The notes below the pieces were generated by a model. That model searched no databases. It was not told the DNA's origin and saw only the letters and a program-made list of their open reading frames with translations. Below, in pieces: positions 29,701 to 38,600 of a stretch of DNA of 64,000 nucleotides; position 1 is the stretch's first letter; each line of letters begins with the position of its first letter. Source of the stretch: a virus. The position numbers were made by a program, and so were the translations under genes. The stretch is taken from positions 1-64,000 of the IMG/VR virus record IMGVR_UViG_3300025816_000008, one strand, 5' to 3'.

Positions 29701-32700
29701 GTTGCAATTGGTTCATATACAAGTAGTTCTGTACAAGCAACTGTTGCAGATAATAATGTCATAGCTCTGATGGGTGGAACAGTAGGGATTAATAAAGTAA
29801 GTCCTAATACGACTTATATGGTAGATATTGACGGAAGCATAAATTGGTCGGGTGATGCATATCATCAAGGTCAAACTCTTTATCATTACATTAGAAACAA
29901 TGTTGCTAATCAATCTTGGATAAGATTTAATGCTGATGCTGCGTGGGTACAATCACATATTGATCCTACACACTATCGGGCAACCATGCCAACATCAATG
30001 TATTTTTACAATGATGCAACCACTAATTATCTTTATACAACTGCTCCAAGAGTCGGGATTAAAACTACATCACCTAGTTACGATTTGGATGTTAATGGTA
30101 GTGTTAACGTACAATCGCTGTATTGGCAAGGTGATAAGATTCTTGATTCACATCAAGGAAATCAAGTTTATCTCACTCATCAAACTGCACAATTTTATAT
30201 TGGTCCAGATTCTGCTACAGATTATTTTGATTCTGACTACGTATATGAAAGACAACAAAATCATGGATTTTCAAAAGGTCAAACCTATCAACAGGCGATT
30301 GATCAAAACTATATTATGTCAAATCTTGATGATACCGCATTTTTAAATTCGGATGAAGGAATTGGTTTAGTCAATCAAATATTAACCACTAACAATTATA
30401 TGAGGCGTGAACTTAGTGGTGTATTTAATGGTAATCTTCCTGGCTTTAAAATGGGTATAGGCGCAATTGCTGATCCTAATTATCATTTACTAGTTTCCGG
30501 CAATGCAAAAATTCAGCCTGGTAATGGTAAAGCAGGAAATTTAGAAATTGGGAATATCGGAGATAACTCTCAAATAATATTAAATGGTGTGGCTCTAAAT
30601 ACATCAAATGTTTTATCACAAGAAATTGGTGGCTATATAATTGACCCACTCGCTACAACGACTCGGTTACCAATACTTTATGATCTAACTTCTTCACCTG
30701 GCAATTATGCAATTGACATAGGCACAGATTATTCGGGTCCAGGTCCTGCAAAATCCGGTATTAATATCGCTCAAGATATGAAATATTACATTAATGGTGT
30801 TGATATTGTTGACGGCATTATGGATTCAGCCTTTATTAACAGAAGAGTGCAATTGCCAGATTTAACTGCTGATGGTAAACTCGACTCAGATCATTTTAAA
30901 TTTATTATTAATTCTGAATATATTAAATCAATTGCTGATAGCGATTATGTTAAAACAGTAGCTGATAGTGATTATATTAGATCAATAGCTGATAGCGATT
31001 ATATTAAAACGGTAGCTGACAGTGATTACATTAAATTTATTGCTAATGATGTTTATATTAAATCAATAGCTGATAGTGATTACATTAAATCAGTAGCAGA
31101 TTCAGATTATGTAAAATCAATAGCTGACAGCGATTACATTAAATCAGTAGCAGATTCAGATTATGTAAAATCAATAGCTGATAGTGACTATATTAAAGGA
31201 ATCATTGATAGCGATTATGTTAAAGCAATTGCAGATTCAGATTATGTAAAATCAATTGTAGATTCAGATTATGTAAAATCAATTGTAGATAGCGATTATA
31301 TTAAGTTTGTAGCTGATAGTGATTATATTAAATCAATAGCTGATAGCGCTCATGTTAATCTAATAACTGGAATAGGCAGTAGACCAGTTGATTTTGGTAG
31401 CCATAATATTACATTTAAATCGAGTGCATCCAATACTGGTGCATTACCTAATGCCGCTACGCATACTGGTATGGTTGCAGTTACTACAGGTGATAATACT
31501 GCAAGAATAGCAAAAGGTGGAAATTGGCAAGGAATTCCATTAGAAAATACTGACGTAACATTTAACACTATTCTTCCGGCCGGAGATAAATTATTTGATC
31601 TCGGTAGTTCAACTGCTGCATGGAGAGATTTATATTTAAGTGGTTCAACTATCCATCTTGGTGGAATAAGAATTAAAGAAAGTAATGGTGTATTTACTAC
31701 TACTGATTCTTTAGGTGTGGCTCTTCCAATTGATCTAAGTGGAGCAACTACAAAGAATCTTACTGAAGATTCAAATCTATATTATACAGATTTACGAGTT
31801 GATAGCAATATTACCGGTAAAGATCTGGATATGGGCACGAATAAAATCCTATATTCTAATGTTTATTCAGCGCTAAGTGATCTTCCAAGTGCTTCATCTT
31901 ATCACGGTATGTTTGCTCATGTACATGCAACTGGTAAAGCATATTTTGCTCATGCTGGTTCTTGGGTAGATCTTGCTTCTGGCGCTGATATTACAACCGC
32001 TATTAATAATTTAATTGATGGCGCTCCAGCTGCAATGGATACTTTAAATGAGTTTGCAACTGCACTTGGAAATGATGCTAATTTCTCAACTACCATTACA
32101 GCTCTTATTGGAGAAAAATATGATTCTGTCGGCGTAAGAACATTAGTCGATTCAGCATATGTTCAAGCAAGAGTTGTTCCACAGGGAATTGATAGTTCAG
32201 CCGTAAGCGGGATGGTTGATTCAGCATATGTTCAAGCAAGGCAAACATTATCATCATTTGATTCTGCTGAAGTTCTTCAGTTAATTGATAGTGATTATAT
32301 CCTTGCAAGATCTTCAGCTGGAGTAACAACGCTCGGCGCTCTTACAGATGTTAATGCCCCATCTCCAACAGATGGTCAGGCATTAGTATATAATACCGCA
32401 TCAAGTAAATGGATTCCAGGTGCTGCTTCAGGCGGTGGTGGTTCTGCCGATAGTGCGACAATACTAGCTTTAATTGATAGTGATTATATTATCGCGCGGA
32501 CAGGGCAATCTGAGTATTCTAACTTTAGATTTACTGCAACTGCCAATCAAACATCATTTACTGGAAATGATGTTGCTGGTAATACACTTGCTATAAATTC
32601 TACGGGAGTGCAAGCATATCTAAATGGTTTCCACTTATTAAAAGGTATTGATTATACTGTATCTGGAACAACTACGCTAGTTCTTACTACAGGAGCCGCC

Positions 32701-33987
32701 ATAGGAGATGACTTAGTTATTACTAATCTTAGTGCTATAATTGGCACAGGAGGTCTCAGTAGTAGTGATGTTGTTAATATAGTCGATTCAGCAGTTACTG
32801 CTCTAGTAGATGCTGCTCCTGCTACATTAAATACTTTAAATGAATTAGCTGCCGCTCTTGGCGATGATGCGAATTATGCTGCTACTACAGCAACAGCTCT
32901 TGGAACAAAATTAGATAATACATCTTCAATTACTTCATTAGCTGATGTTCATACAACTGCGCCAACTGAAGGTCAGATATTAATTTGGGATAATGGAAAT
33001 AGTTATTGGGCTCCAGGTGTGTTACCGGCAGGAACAGACTCAGCTGCAGTAACTGGAATGATTGATAGTGCATACGTTGCAGCTCGAGCATCTGCTAATA
33101 CATTTACCAATGCTGTTAACTTTGCTAATTATTATTATGTAGCAGATTCTGGTCAAACAGTATTCTCTGGAAATGATGCTAATGGATTACCTCTAGCAAT
33201 TGATACTGCTAATTATCAAGTATTTAATAATGGTATTCGATTAGTATCTGGTGTAGATTATACAGTTAATGCTGCAGCAAATTCAGTAACATTAAATGGA
33301 TTTACTGCTGACTCAGGTGATGATCTTGTAATTAATACTTTATCACAAACTGTTACACAATCGCATATAGTTGTTGGCGATACATTTATGAACACCTTTA
33401 AGTTTATCGCTACAAACGGTCAAACAGCGTTTACTGGTGCTGATGCTAATTCTAAAACATTAGGAATTGATTCAAGTAACTTTAATGTATTCCAAAATGG
33501 TATTAAACTTATGGATTCAGATGACTTTACATCTAATCCAATAACAAATACTATAACACTTACTTCTGCTGCTGATTCATCTGATGAAATTGTAATCACT
33601 ACAATTGAAAATAAAGCAGGTAATGTTACTGTTAATGAACAAGCATTACAGGGATTAGTTGATAGTGCATATATTGCAGCAAGAGTTAATCTTCCTGCAG
33701 CATGGGCAGAGATTACTACAACACCGATTACTGCGGTCGCTGGGCAAAGATTAATTATTGATACAAGCACTACTAAAACAGTTAATCTTCCAGTAGCCGC
33801 ATCGCTTGGAGATGAAATTAGAATTATTGATGGAACTGGTCAGGCTGCTACAAACGCTATCACAATTGGAAGAAATGGTCATAAAATTGAAGGCGGTGAT
33901 TCTGATTTAACAATTGATGTTAATAGAGCAGCATTTGGATTGGTATATTATAACGTAGCTAATGGTTGGTTATTCACAGAGAAATAA
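20704..33987 (+). CDS. Giant multidomain tail fibre/adhesin protein (4427 aa)
   Basis: N-term IQIKRS..APSSL..GELAYS fibre attachment motif; YadA-head-like SxAIG repeats; two D[G/A]AP..[M/L][D/N]TLNE.A.ALG.DAN motifs; HGMFAHVHATG module; C-term TVNLP...GDEIRIIDG...ITIGRNG..IEG domain. Confidence 0.8.
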   Translation: MASIIQIKRSGTATAPSSLALGELAYSYYDSIAGGTLYVGVGPAVDSTAVPQIATRVAAVGGEKYMSLLQAAGNPGIAVGNKFLLLDSEKAVDLLYVHGLTADSSYIKDLDVDSAHLKRLTADSAFIWKLDVDSAHIRTFTADSAYIFDLDVDSAHISRLTADSAYISQLDVDSAYISRLDVDSGYISQLDVDSAFISRLKGDSAYISQLDVDSAYISRLMVDSAYISQLDVDSAYISRLMGDSAYISQLDVDSAYISRLKGDSAYISQLDVDSAYISRLKSNSAYISQLDVDSGHSLYHSFGIAHSPEYRGPATIKIDPYPFGDIAGDVNIVGNLNVQGTTTSINSTSVTIVDKNIVVADNAADSAFASGAGITVGGPVQASFTWQAGAAGTQYENYWTTNRLFYNKDLQADSAYFKYLKADSAYVEYLKVDKLDLNVPGGGLKIGAVAHVGPDFSLQGDSDFLYDSTNGLQIGATQGVNKGLTILPTGEVISYAPAVFDKLRVNSLVPGSLLTVGLNDSIQGGELHFGEHQSHYYFLGAGGSFDGLMSARQVAQDSGWNRFIVHKSTGNVDASGVKIGSYKYRPELRNKFDANSVYFPDSAQTRDFYGLKISASHAEKDSQGRHYLQSTLPINYFKSDISKADGASIRRFPGDGVNAANDSDVSVLIRAMSLEDSSLFEVHKDGTINFTGSLMQNGIPFTGGGLFTADNIDNAYFEPRNFTATYQAGGFGRIGVGTTRSKARFEVHGGPFQVKGPLNTEAGYSPQTSGEISMTKDASTIYGALANYDEADIDSDKGSRFSFIPGKAATRGGHFTNHNDYSWNNIGTYSAAFGKNVKAAADFSFVVGDSSSVFSGATNSIAMGQRNVVKGGNNVLIGIENSDRSGGIATTIAINSVLIGHNNTTAGNASYMFGKNNMALPSGNSTLLIGEGNKSLGGNFNNIIGIDNTADGNSSFIFGYQDSVSGLLAFALGYDNKVSGNQSFAIGHDQIIQGANSFAIGGGGKVVANNSINISLRPSTATPGAGQDPANTLRNIVGQVDDENLLAIQGGNVSIGRESDMFNPATQGAGNLFVGGSILYGGEVFKLNPFGGAPIAGNPFEDDGQFILMETPRNVGVGKTAPNTEFDIRGDFQVDGTTLLTYASTDSAIFDSAGTFPGNTYNNMFMYSSRAGLIRAGKVLLDEHVNSDLGVFSIGMGEEPYARGKNSISLGEKNKVGQRRSQGNIVLRGTATTTQGRNSIAIGKENIILTDNNLFLGQNNIQDSINSGTDLYTIGRDNLFGLANASTVRSTNKSYVIGTSNTLYTNGNQNFIFGESNEVFHDNFTNNYIIGAGWKDSHSVHNVNPQYGGITGGGAKNTTFIGGNAFIPTGLENGIVIMKPAIFNDSGTSLFDSALVNKGLNNTNIMIGKTAQVAHGNSTIYNSGFNRNYTLDIHGDVNIDSGATLHIGGLNIKDFIAGTAPTVVVTGVIKTTPVSTPSTQTSAFSVSQALAAVVNVPAGGHLLGSPGGGGTAATHPGGGGPGTGLAVKFSNLTNGSSGPSSSFNYTSAADNVYFVQAVDAINFNLFTDRACTTALDTQSENIFVPSAAPAGSYEVVTVVAPISGAGAAWAFDTTGTNLTITTTAPHGLTVGDGVRLSGITGGTFTDHNGKTYFVGPDANADGLLDAGYTNKFELFTDDVLTVPVLSADYTGTPVTTSANYIHVIPQQQTTSSANLNVLGKLTVGDSATVEGSVHFRQSVSGSVFTIGDNPGTGERMSFDSFVVRPTGGLIPILENHLDSAYVQERVSIDNFWALKGGNQLINHQSPRTNPIVINKNNIDADAGYEDIDAAGNARWKFQLDMDGIARIDIPAAYASRPIEDVASRQAAVDHKSPIITTSNNDNPVAWPTEEYLATIVTNDYVKKRMNIDSAVISSVIDSGYMKTIISPNYILHHANDSSHWRRSADGHTLYFGGLGFNADTQVAIGADSAPIDRPGSRLYVRGDVRVDSGFSAGGHSIIEGSKVTVDSEYIFNFTVNAADSYFITHPNSIIYDQTGITNAFVNNTDVGMAYGESAAVFSISGTPTLDSDFMSVMLVTPKDVNNPLTSGFDSTPLTKGTYNAVGNGIATGDWVWQNGTQIQIREQSVPGYDSIGQGAPLTHTHSIDIINRGLHTTNLTTSGNTLSVLRLQDTDNSTPRNVLEYIKNGLTQIFINSGSGFIELDSGGEKWEEVTNSLIHIYDSEANTRLAVGDQIKVKTRSRKNDASLTVKGPLSVIADRNLRNPPILLSGNLNIASEGDSGSAKATTRFTFEDSAIFKIGFTLDSGIGKIQNGGLLFSYKERRADEAWRTLYGGAVWDSIGQTMTSGESAEFYFGPYYPASYDSAKGFNLVNPYVGRSFDSNIIRIVNDDYIGSRITDPWNRIGTSPYQQIYYDEEGGVIIGKKDMIDPFDQTRFAVDSGNVLFLSSILIDSSEHPKAGVVPRTGTGEQLDSGARLMWIPGYGSFRAGYADGTNVTWDSGEVGIFSQGIGANVLATDHSTAIGYNVSAGNVDYAANGRTKQPLHTTRVVSIGHTITNPGQFSVAVGKDITNSNKQNSLSLGIGITNVGAKGTSKTDEGGVAIGKTLETGRGVVIGRDITGDDGNVASYVNNTAIGSLLVNTNKNAVSIGYNLTGGEAGLNIGRDNYPTSSSAAPGKNSILIGQNNTTGAGGMAIGHSSAAGKTAVAVGSSVVASGSTSTAIGIGSKSSGNNSVAIGINTQATGRSSISYGVSNKANGNTSTVFGKDNVGSGNGSVTFGVSNTTGKNSQIFGSNNTSISETKVFGSANLSTFKNAKIYGDANETVNNAAKVYGNENKNIVYNSEVYGSSNENWYGTRVYGSDNVNLTGRNSSANGGQGNYIFGGQNIQTKGGNIYGTRNNITGFGDAYGKDNIITDFGWAYGDLNTIVNGGHAYGYENTVDGGTSNLAYAFGSKNNVGENGFGFGKENTVSNGGMALGSYAQASGNGAISIGSGVSVTGTNSVAIGSYTSSSVQATVADNNVIALMGGTVGINKVSPNTTYMVDIDGSINWSGDAYHQGQTLYHYIRNNVANQSWIRFNADAAWVQSHIDPTHYRATMPTSMYFYNDATTNYLYTTAPRVGIKTTSPSYDLDVNGSVNVQSLYWQGDKILDSHQGNQVYLTHQTAQFYIGPDSATDYFDSDYVYERQQNHGFSKGQTYQQAIDQNYIMSNLDDTAFLNSDEGIGLVNQILTTNNYMRRELSGVFNGNLPGFKMGIGAIADPNYHLLVSGNAKIQPGNGKAGNLEIGNIGDNSQIILNGVALNTSNVLSQEIGGYIIDPLATTTRLPILYDLTSSPGNYAIDIGTDYSGPGPAKSGINIAQDMKYYINGVDIVDGIMDSAFINRRVQLPDLTADGKLDSDHFKFIINSEYIKSIADSDYVKTVADSDYIRSIADSDYIKTVADSDYIKFIANDVYIKSIADSDYIKSVADSDYVKSIADSDYIKSVADSDYVKSIADSDYIKGIIDSDYVKAIADSDYVKSIVDSDYVKSIVDSDYIKFVADSDYIKSIADSAHVNLITGIGSRPVDFGSHNITFKSSASNTGALPNAATHTGMVAVTTGDNTARIAKGGNWQGIPLENTDVTFNTILPAGDKLFDLGSSTAAWRDLYLSGSTIHLGGIRIKESNGVFTTTDSLGVALPIDLSGATTKNLTEDSNLYYTDLRVDSNITGKDLDMGTNKILYSNVYSALSDLPSASSYHGMFAHVHATGKAYFAHAGSWVDLASGADITTAINNLIDGAPAAMDTLNEFATALGNDANFSTTITALIGEKYDSVGVRTLVDSAYVQARVVPQGIDSSAVSGMVDSAYVQARQTLSSFDSAEVLQLIDSDYILARSSAGVTTLGALTDVNAPSPTDGQALVYNTASSKWIPGAASGGGGSADSATILALIDSDYIIARTGQSEYSNFRFTATANQTSFTGNDVAGNTLAINSTGVQAYLNGFHLLKGIDYTVSGTTTLVLTTGAAIGDDLVITNLSAIIGTGGLSSSDVVNIVDSAVTALVDAAPATLNTLNELAAALGDDANYAATTATALGTKLDNTSSITSLADVHTTAPTEGQILIWDNGNSYWAPGVLPAGTDSAAVTGMIDSAYVAARASANTFTNAVNFANYYYVADSGQTVFSGNDANGLPLAIDTANYQVFNNGIRLVSGVDYTVNAAANSVTLNGFTADSGDDLVINTLSQTVTQSHIVVGDTFMNTFKFIATNGQTAFTGADANSKTLGIDSSNFNVFQNGIKLMDSDDFTSNPITNTITLTSAADSSDEIVITTIENKAGNVTVNEQALQGLVDSAYIAARVNLPAAWAEITTTPITAVAGQRLIIDTSTTKTVNLPVAASLGDEIRIIDGTGQAATNAITIGRNGHKIEGGDSDLTIDVNRAAFGLVYYNVANGWLFTEK
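21001..21600 (+). repeat. 20 x 30-bp (10-aa) coding tandem repeat, consensus LDVDSAYISQ/R
   Basis: Directly visible; alternating units give a 20-aa superperiod. Confidence 0.95.
28381..29760 (+). repeat. YadA/Hep_Hag-like beta-roll repeats (~12-14 aa, xxAIG/YG/FG-xxN)
   Basis: NSVAIG, TAVAVG, SVTFG, AKIYG, AYG repeats; boundaries approximate. Confidence 0.65.
30883..31368 (+). repeat. 18 x 27-bp (9-aa) coding tandem repeat, consensus DSDY[IV]KS[IV]A
   Basis: Directly visible in DNA and protein. Confidence 0.95.
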
Positions 33988-33999
33988 AGGACGAAAGTA

Positions 34000-35616
34000 A
34001 TGGTATCGAAAGCAGCTCTTGTTTCAAAGGCATTTGGTAAAACTGGCGCATTAGCATCAATAGCTGATGAGTCATTAACTGCAGAAAATAGAAAAATAAC
34101 AGCTGATTCTATGGCAGAAGGTGCTACTGGGATGAGAACTGTCACTGCATTTAGTGAATTATCATCATTAACAGGAATGAAAGCTGGTGATAATGTTCTT
34201 GTAACTAATACTGATAAATTATATATTTTTGATGGTGTTGGTTGGTATTTAATTGCTACTATTACAAATGCATCTCCATCCGCAATTTCAGGAGTTGACG
34301 CAACATATGATTTAGCATCTGATGGTACAGCAACTACTATTACTGCAGTTTCTACTGATCCAGAAGGATTCCCGCTTACATGGTCCTATGCAGTTACAAC
34401 AGGATCGCTCGGTTCTACAGCAACAGTATCTCAAGCTGATAACGTATTTACTATTACACCTTCAACAACTGAAGCTCATGCTGGAACTTTTAGTTTAACA
34501 TTTAGTGTGACTGATGGAGTTAATGGATCGGTAAGTGCAGTAAGTGGATTTACATTAGCATTTGCAAGTTGGGCAACACCAACTACTGCTTTAGAAACGA
34601 CGGCTGGTGCCCATAATGGCACCACTTTTTCTCTCAGTACTGATGGTAATAAATTTTGTATTGGAGGCCAAAGCGGAACTTCCTACCCTGCTACAAAATT
34701 TTTCATATATGAACGTGCAAATTCTGGGACAAATCACTCATTAGCGCACACCGTTTCATCTACTCATTATGGAGCCCGGCAAGCAGATATGAGTGCAAAT
34801 GGATTATATGCTGCTGCTATGCATGAGGATAATCAATATCTTGAAATATGGTATTACAATGGTTCGTCATGGACTCAACAATTTAATGCAGACATTTCAT
34901 CATATACTAATTACGCACAGAGAGCAGCTATTTCTGGTGATGGTTCAACAGTTATGGTAGTAGATCACCAAAGTAGTACTTTTGGAAACAGAGCAGGAGC
35001 AATTATAGTTTATAAAAGAACTGGTACTAATTGGGCATATGAGGCAAAATTTGGACCTCATAGTTTTGTTGATAATGCACAAATGGGCGGTGATAATTCC
35101 TTTTCCTATTTTAACTCTGGAATAAGTTTTGACGGTAATGTAATTCATAGTGCATATATGTATCAGGCTCGTGCAGGAGAACACACTATTGCAACTCGCA
35201 GTGGATCAACTTGGACGACCAGAGCCGCCATTTATAATTCTGGGACAGGATTAAACGGTGCTATTTCTGGTGATGGTAACACATTTGCGTATGGCAATAA
35301 AATTTATGTAACAACAGACAATTGGGTTACCAACTCTTTACAAGCAACTCTTACTCTTAACCAAACAACAGAAATTCGTCCAGATTTAAGTAATGATGGA
35401 AATGTCGCTGCATTTGGCCAACAGGGTGGTGGCGCATCATCAAATGGTATAGTAGAATTTTTTAGGCGATCCGGATCAACTTGGACTAAAGAAGGCACTT
35501 ATACGGGTCCAGCAAACACACAAATGGGGAGAGATGTGCGATTAAGTGGAGATGGATTGACTGCTTGTGTTTATGGAATTGGATCAGGAGATCTTATGAA
35601 AGTGTTAGTTCAATAG
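34000..35616 (+). CDS. Virion protein with Ig/cadherin-like domain and beta-propeller (FG-GAP-like repeats)
   Basis: STDPEGFPLTWSY Ig-like segment; repeats LSTDGN, ISGDGS, ISFDGN, LSNDGN, LSGDGL with RSGSTW. Confidence 0.6.
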   Translation: MVSKAALVSKAFGKTGALASIADESLTAENRKITADSMAEGATGMRTVTAFSELSSLTGMKAGDNVLVTNTDKLYIFDGVGWYLIATITNASPSAISGVDATYDLASDGTATTITAVSTDPEGFPLTWSYAVTTGSLGSTATVSQADNVFTITPSTTEAHAGTFSLTFSVTDGVNGSVSAVSGFTLAFASWATPTTALETTAGAHNGTTFSLSTDGNKFCIGGQSGTSYPATKFFIYERANSGTNHSLAHTVSSTHYGARQADMSANGLYAAAMHEDNQYLEIWYYNGSSWTQQFNADISSYTNYAQRAAISGDGSTVMVVDHQSSTFGNRAGAIIVYKRTGTNWAYEAKFGPHSFVDNAQMGGDNSFSYFNSGISFDGNVIHSAYMYQARAGEHTIATRSGSTWTTRAAIYNSGTGLNGAISGDGNTFAYGNKIYVTTDNWVTNSLQATLTLNQTTEIRPDLSNDGNVAAFGQQGGGASSNGIVEFFRRSGSTWTKEGTYTGPANTQMGRDVRLSGDGLTACVYGIGSGDLMKVLVQ

Positions 35617-35647
35617 CTAAACCTTAATATATTATCCATTCTAAGTA

Positions 35648-35655
35648 TATAAATA
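35648..35655 (+). promoter_or_regulatory. T4-type late promoter
   Basis: TATAAATA. Confidence 0.75.
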
Positions 35656-35683
35656 GTAGAAAATACTATTAAGGAATGTATGA

Positions 35684-38600
35684 TTGGTTAATTATATTAA
35701 AAATTTAATAAGTGATTTATCGCTTCCATCAGATCCGGCTGATATCGATACAGTAGCGTTTGTTAAAGAAGATGGATCTATTAGAACTAAATTAAATTTA
35801 AACATACTTCCTAGTAGGAGTATGTTCTTTTCTGGTCATGATTTGGCCAATCCAATTGGTGCTCACTTAAGAATTGATAGTGCATTTAAAGTTCCAATTA
35901 CTGGTTACGATCAAATTACTGATAATTTTAGTATAGATTTTTGGCAATTTACTACTTTAGATACACAAGATCACGCAGCAGTTATTTTTGATATTGTAGA
36001 AAATGATTCAAGTCTTGGTGAGCCAATAAATTTAATTCCAGATAGAAGTCATTCAATTGAAATAGCGGGTGGTGAAGTACAAATTGATAGAGGAGTTAAT
36101 CCTTACAGCGATTCTTGGGGAGGAAGCTCATATTTATTTGGAAAAAGTTTACACGCCACCACATCACATCCTTCAGGTATATATACAACCCCTTCAATTT
36201 CTCCTATAACAGATGTTGTTCATGAAAGAGCATCTCCGGATGGAAAAGACTCTGGGATGTATGCCATATTTTCATCTGATGCACTAAGTTCATCTAAATC
36301 AACTCACACTACAATGGGTGCTTGGTATAGAAAAAATGATAATTCAATATCAAATACAACAGTTGGCGATAATAAACATACTTATAATACTTCTAATTTT
36401 TCTTATCAAAGTCTAGACGACGGCTTAGATAATATTGCAATGGTACATACAAATGGTATTCGTATTAGAGGTTTAGACTGGTCTTATCACGATAGCGCAC
36501 CATATGAATATAGAATTGGAAATAATTTAAAATGGGAGCAAATTACTACTGATATAGATATGGCAGCTCCAAAAATGGGTTATCTTTCTGTTAGCGATCC
36601 TGTTAAAACATATGATTATCTCAGTGGCGGGTATTTGGTTCCTGACAGTGATAGACTATATGCCACAAATGATGTTATGAATAGTTCTTATCTTACCGGT
36701 AAACGCAATATTATTACTAACAATTTTGATGTTTATAACGATGCAACTTTTGCTGGGTATTTTTGGATCGACAGTTCACCTATTAATGATAAACTTTTAT
36801 TTAAAGCTGGAGGTGATACTGAGGCTTTAGAGCTAAAAGTAATCAATTCTGGTGGCGCATCTAAATTAAATCTTTCTGCTGGAAACGGGGCTTTAGCATG
36901 TGAGTTACCTTTACCAACTACTTCAGGTAATAATAATATTGAAATAGATTCTGATTACACTGGATATCCAGTTCCGGCCGGAACTTCTAAAAGAAAAAGA
37001 GGAAATAGATGGCATGAAGTAAGATTTTCTGTTAAGTTATTCCCAGCAGAAGTAACTTTAATGACTAAAAAAATTGGTAATTTGCCAAGTCAACTAGGCT
37101 CAAAAAAATATTATCCGAATGGCGGAGACGATATAAGAATATCTAGCCACCGACCTAATAGTTCTTCAGGATTATTAAGATGGGCTAATAATAATGCTGG
37201 AATAAGTGAATTTAAAGTTTTAACAAATCAAGCAAATATGGGTGTTAAACATGAAGGAGATAAAAGAACATATACATCTGGAACTGATGCACTATTAGAG
37301 ATACACACTGGTCTTCCAGGACGAGATCCCTTTAGAACAGATAATGTTGGTAATTTATTTTTAAGGCTATTTGAAAAAACCAATTTTGGATATTCTATTT
37401 TAAAAAGTGATGGCGGAGGCAACGATAAAATATTATTAAGTGATTGCGGAACAACATCTAGCCCAAATTCAACTGGTAGAATAATTTATTTTGAAATACA
37501 TAATAAAAATAGTGCAGGTGATCAAGGAGTAACCGTAACTGGTATTTCAGATATAATGCGTTTTATACCGTTTATTGCTTCTACTAATATGGTACATCAA
37601 GATACTCCATCTAATGCAGCCGATACTGTTAATGTAAGAAATCCGAATTCAGCTGGACACTTTGGGGCAGAAATATTAGATAACACATCTGCTCCAAATT
37701 CATATTTATTTCCTTATACTAATACCGTTACTAAATCTCTAAAAGAATCGTTAAGTAGTTTTATAATTGATGAACAAACTGGACAGTTACATACCTTTAA
37801 AGACGGGGCTTATGTAGGAAGTAAAGATTTTAATCTAAATCCAGGAACTGATACCGCTATGGAATTAGGATTTCAATTTAGAAATACATGGTTTTCCTCA
37901 CGTTATCATATAAATCCTATTGGTAGTCTTACAAGTGCGATTCAAAGTGTAATTGGCACTAGCTATCATCCAGATCCTGCAGTAGTGTTTGATCCTCCAA
38001 TATCATATAATAGTGGATATAAAAGTTCAAGTGGAAACCCTGCTCCAAACGGCTATAGAAATTTTTTTGCTGATGAAGGAGGAAGATATGAAGCAAAAGT
38101 TGCACTTTTAGCAAGGGATTGGGTTTATGATCCAGCTAAATTAATTAACGCGGCGAGAACAGCTACTGGTACTCCAGCTTTTGTTAATGATGGAATATTT
38201 AATTCTACTACCGGTAATACAAATCCCAATGATATTAATCCATTCATAGATCCTAGCGTAGCGCCAAATACAAATGTAAGAGATTTTTATTTAAAAAATA
38301 GCATATGGGGAACTGGTAAATTTTCTTGGCCACTAGCTGATCACTTAATATACTATAAAGAAGCATATAATCCAGCTATTAGCACAGGAACAATTACCAA
38401 TTTAACAGGTGAAACTGATGAATATAAAAATGCTCGAGCTAGTTGGGCCGGAAGAGTAGCAACACATAAAGGAACTGATCATGGAATTAATAAAGCTAGG
38501 GCATATATTTTAAGAACTGGTGGAAGTATAGTAAATCATTCTACACCTGGAGATATAACTTCTGTTATATCAGGATTAGCGGATGGTAATTGTTTATTAT

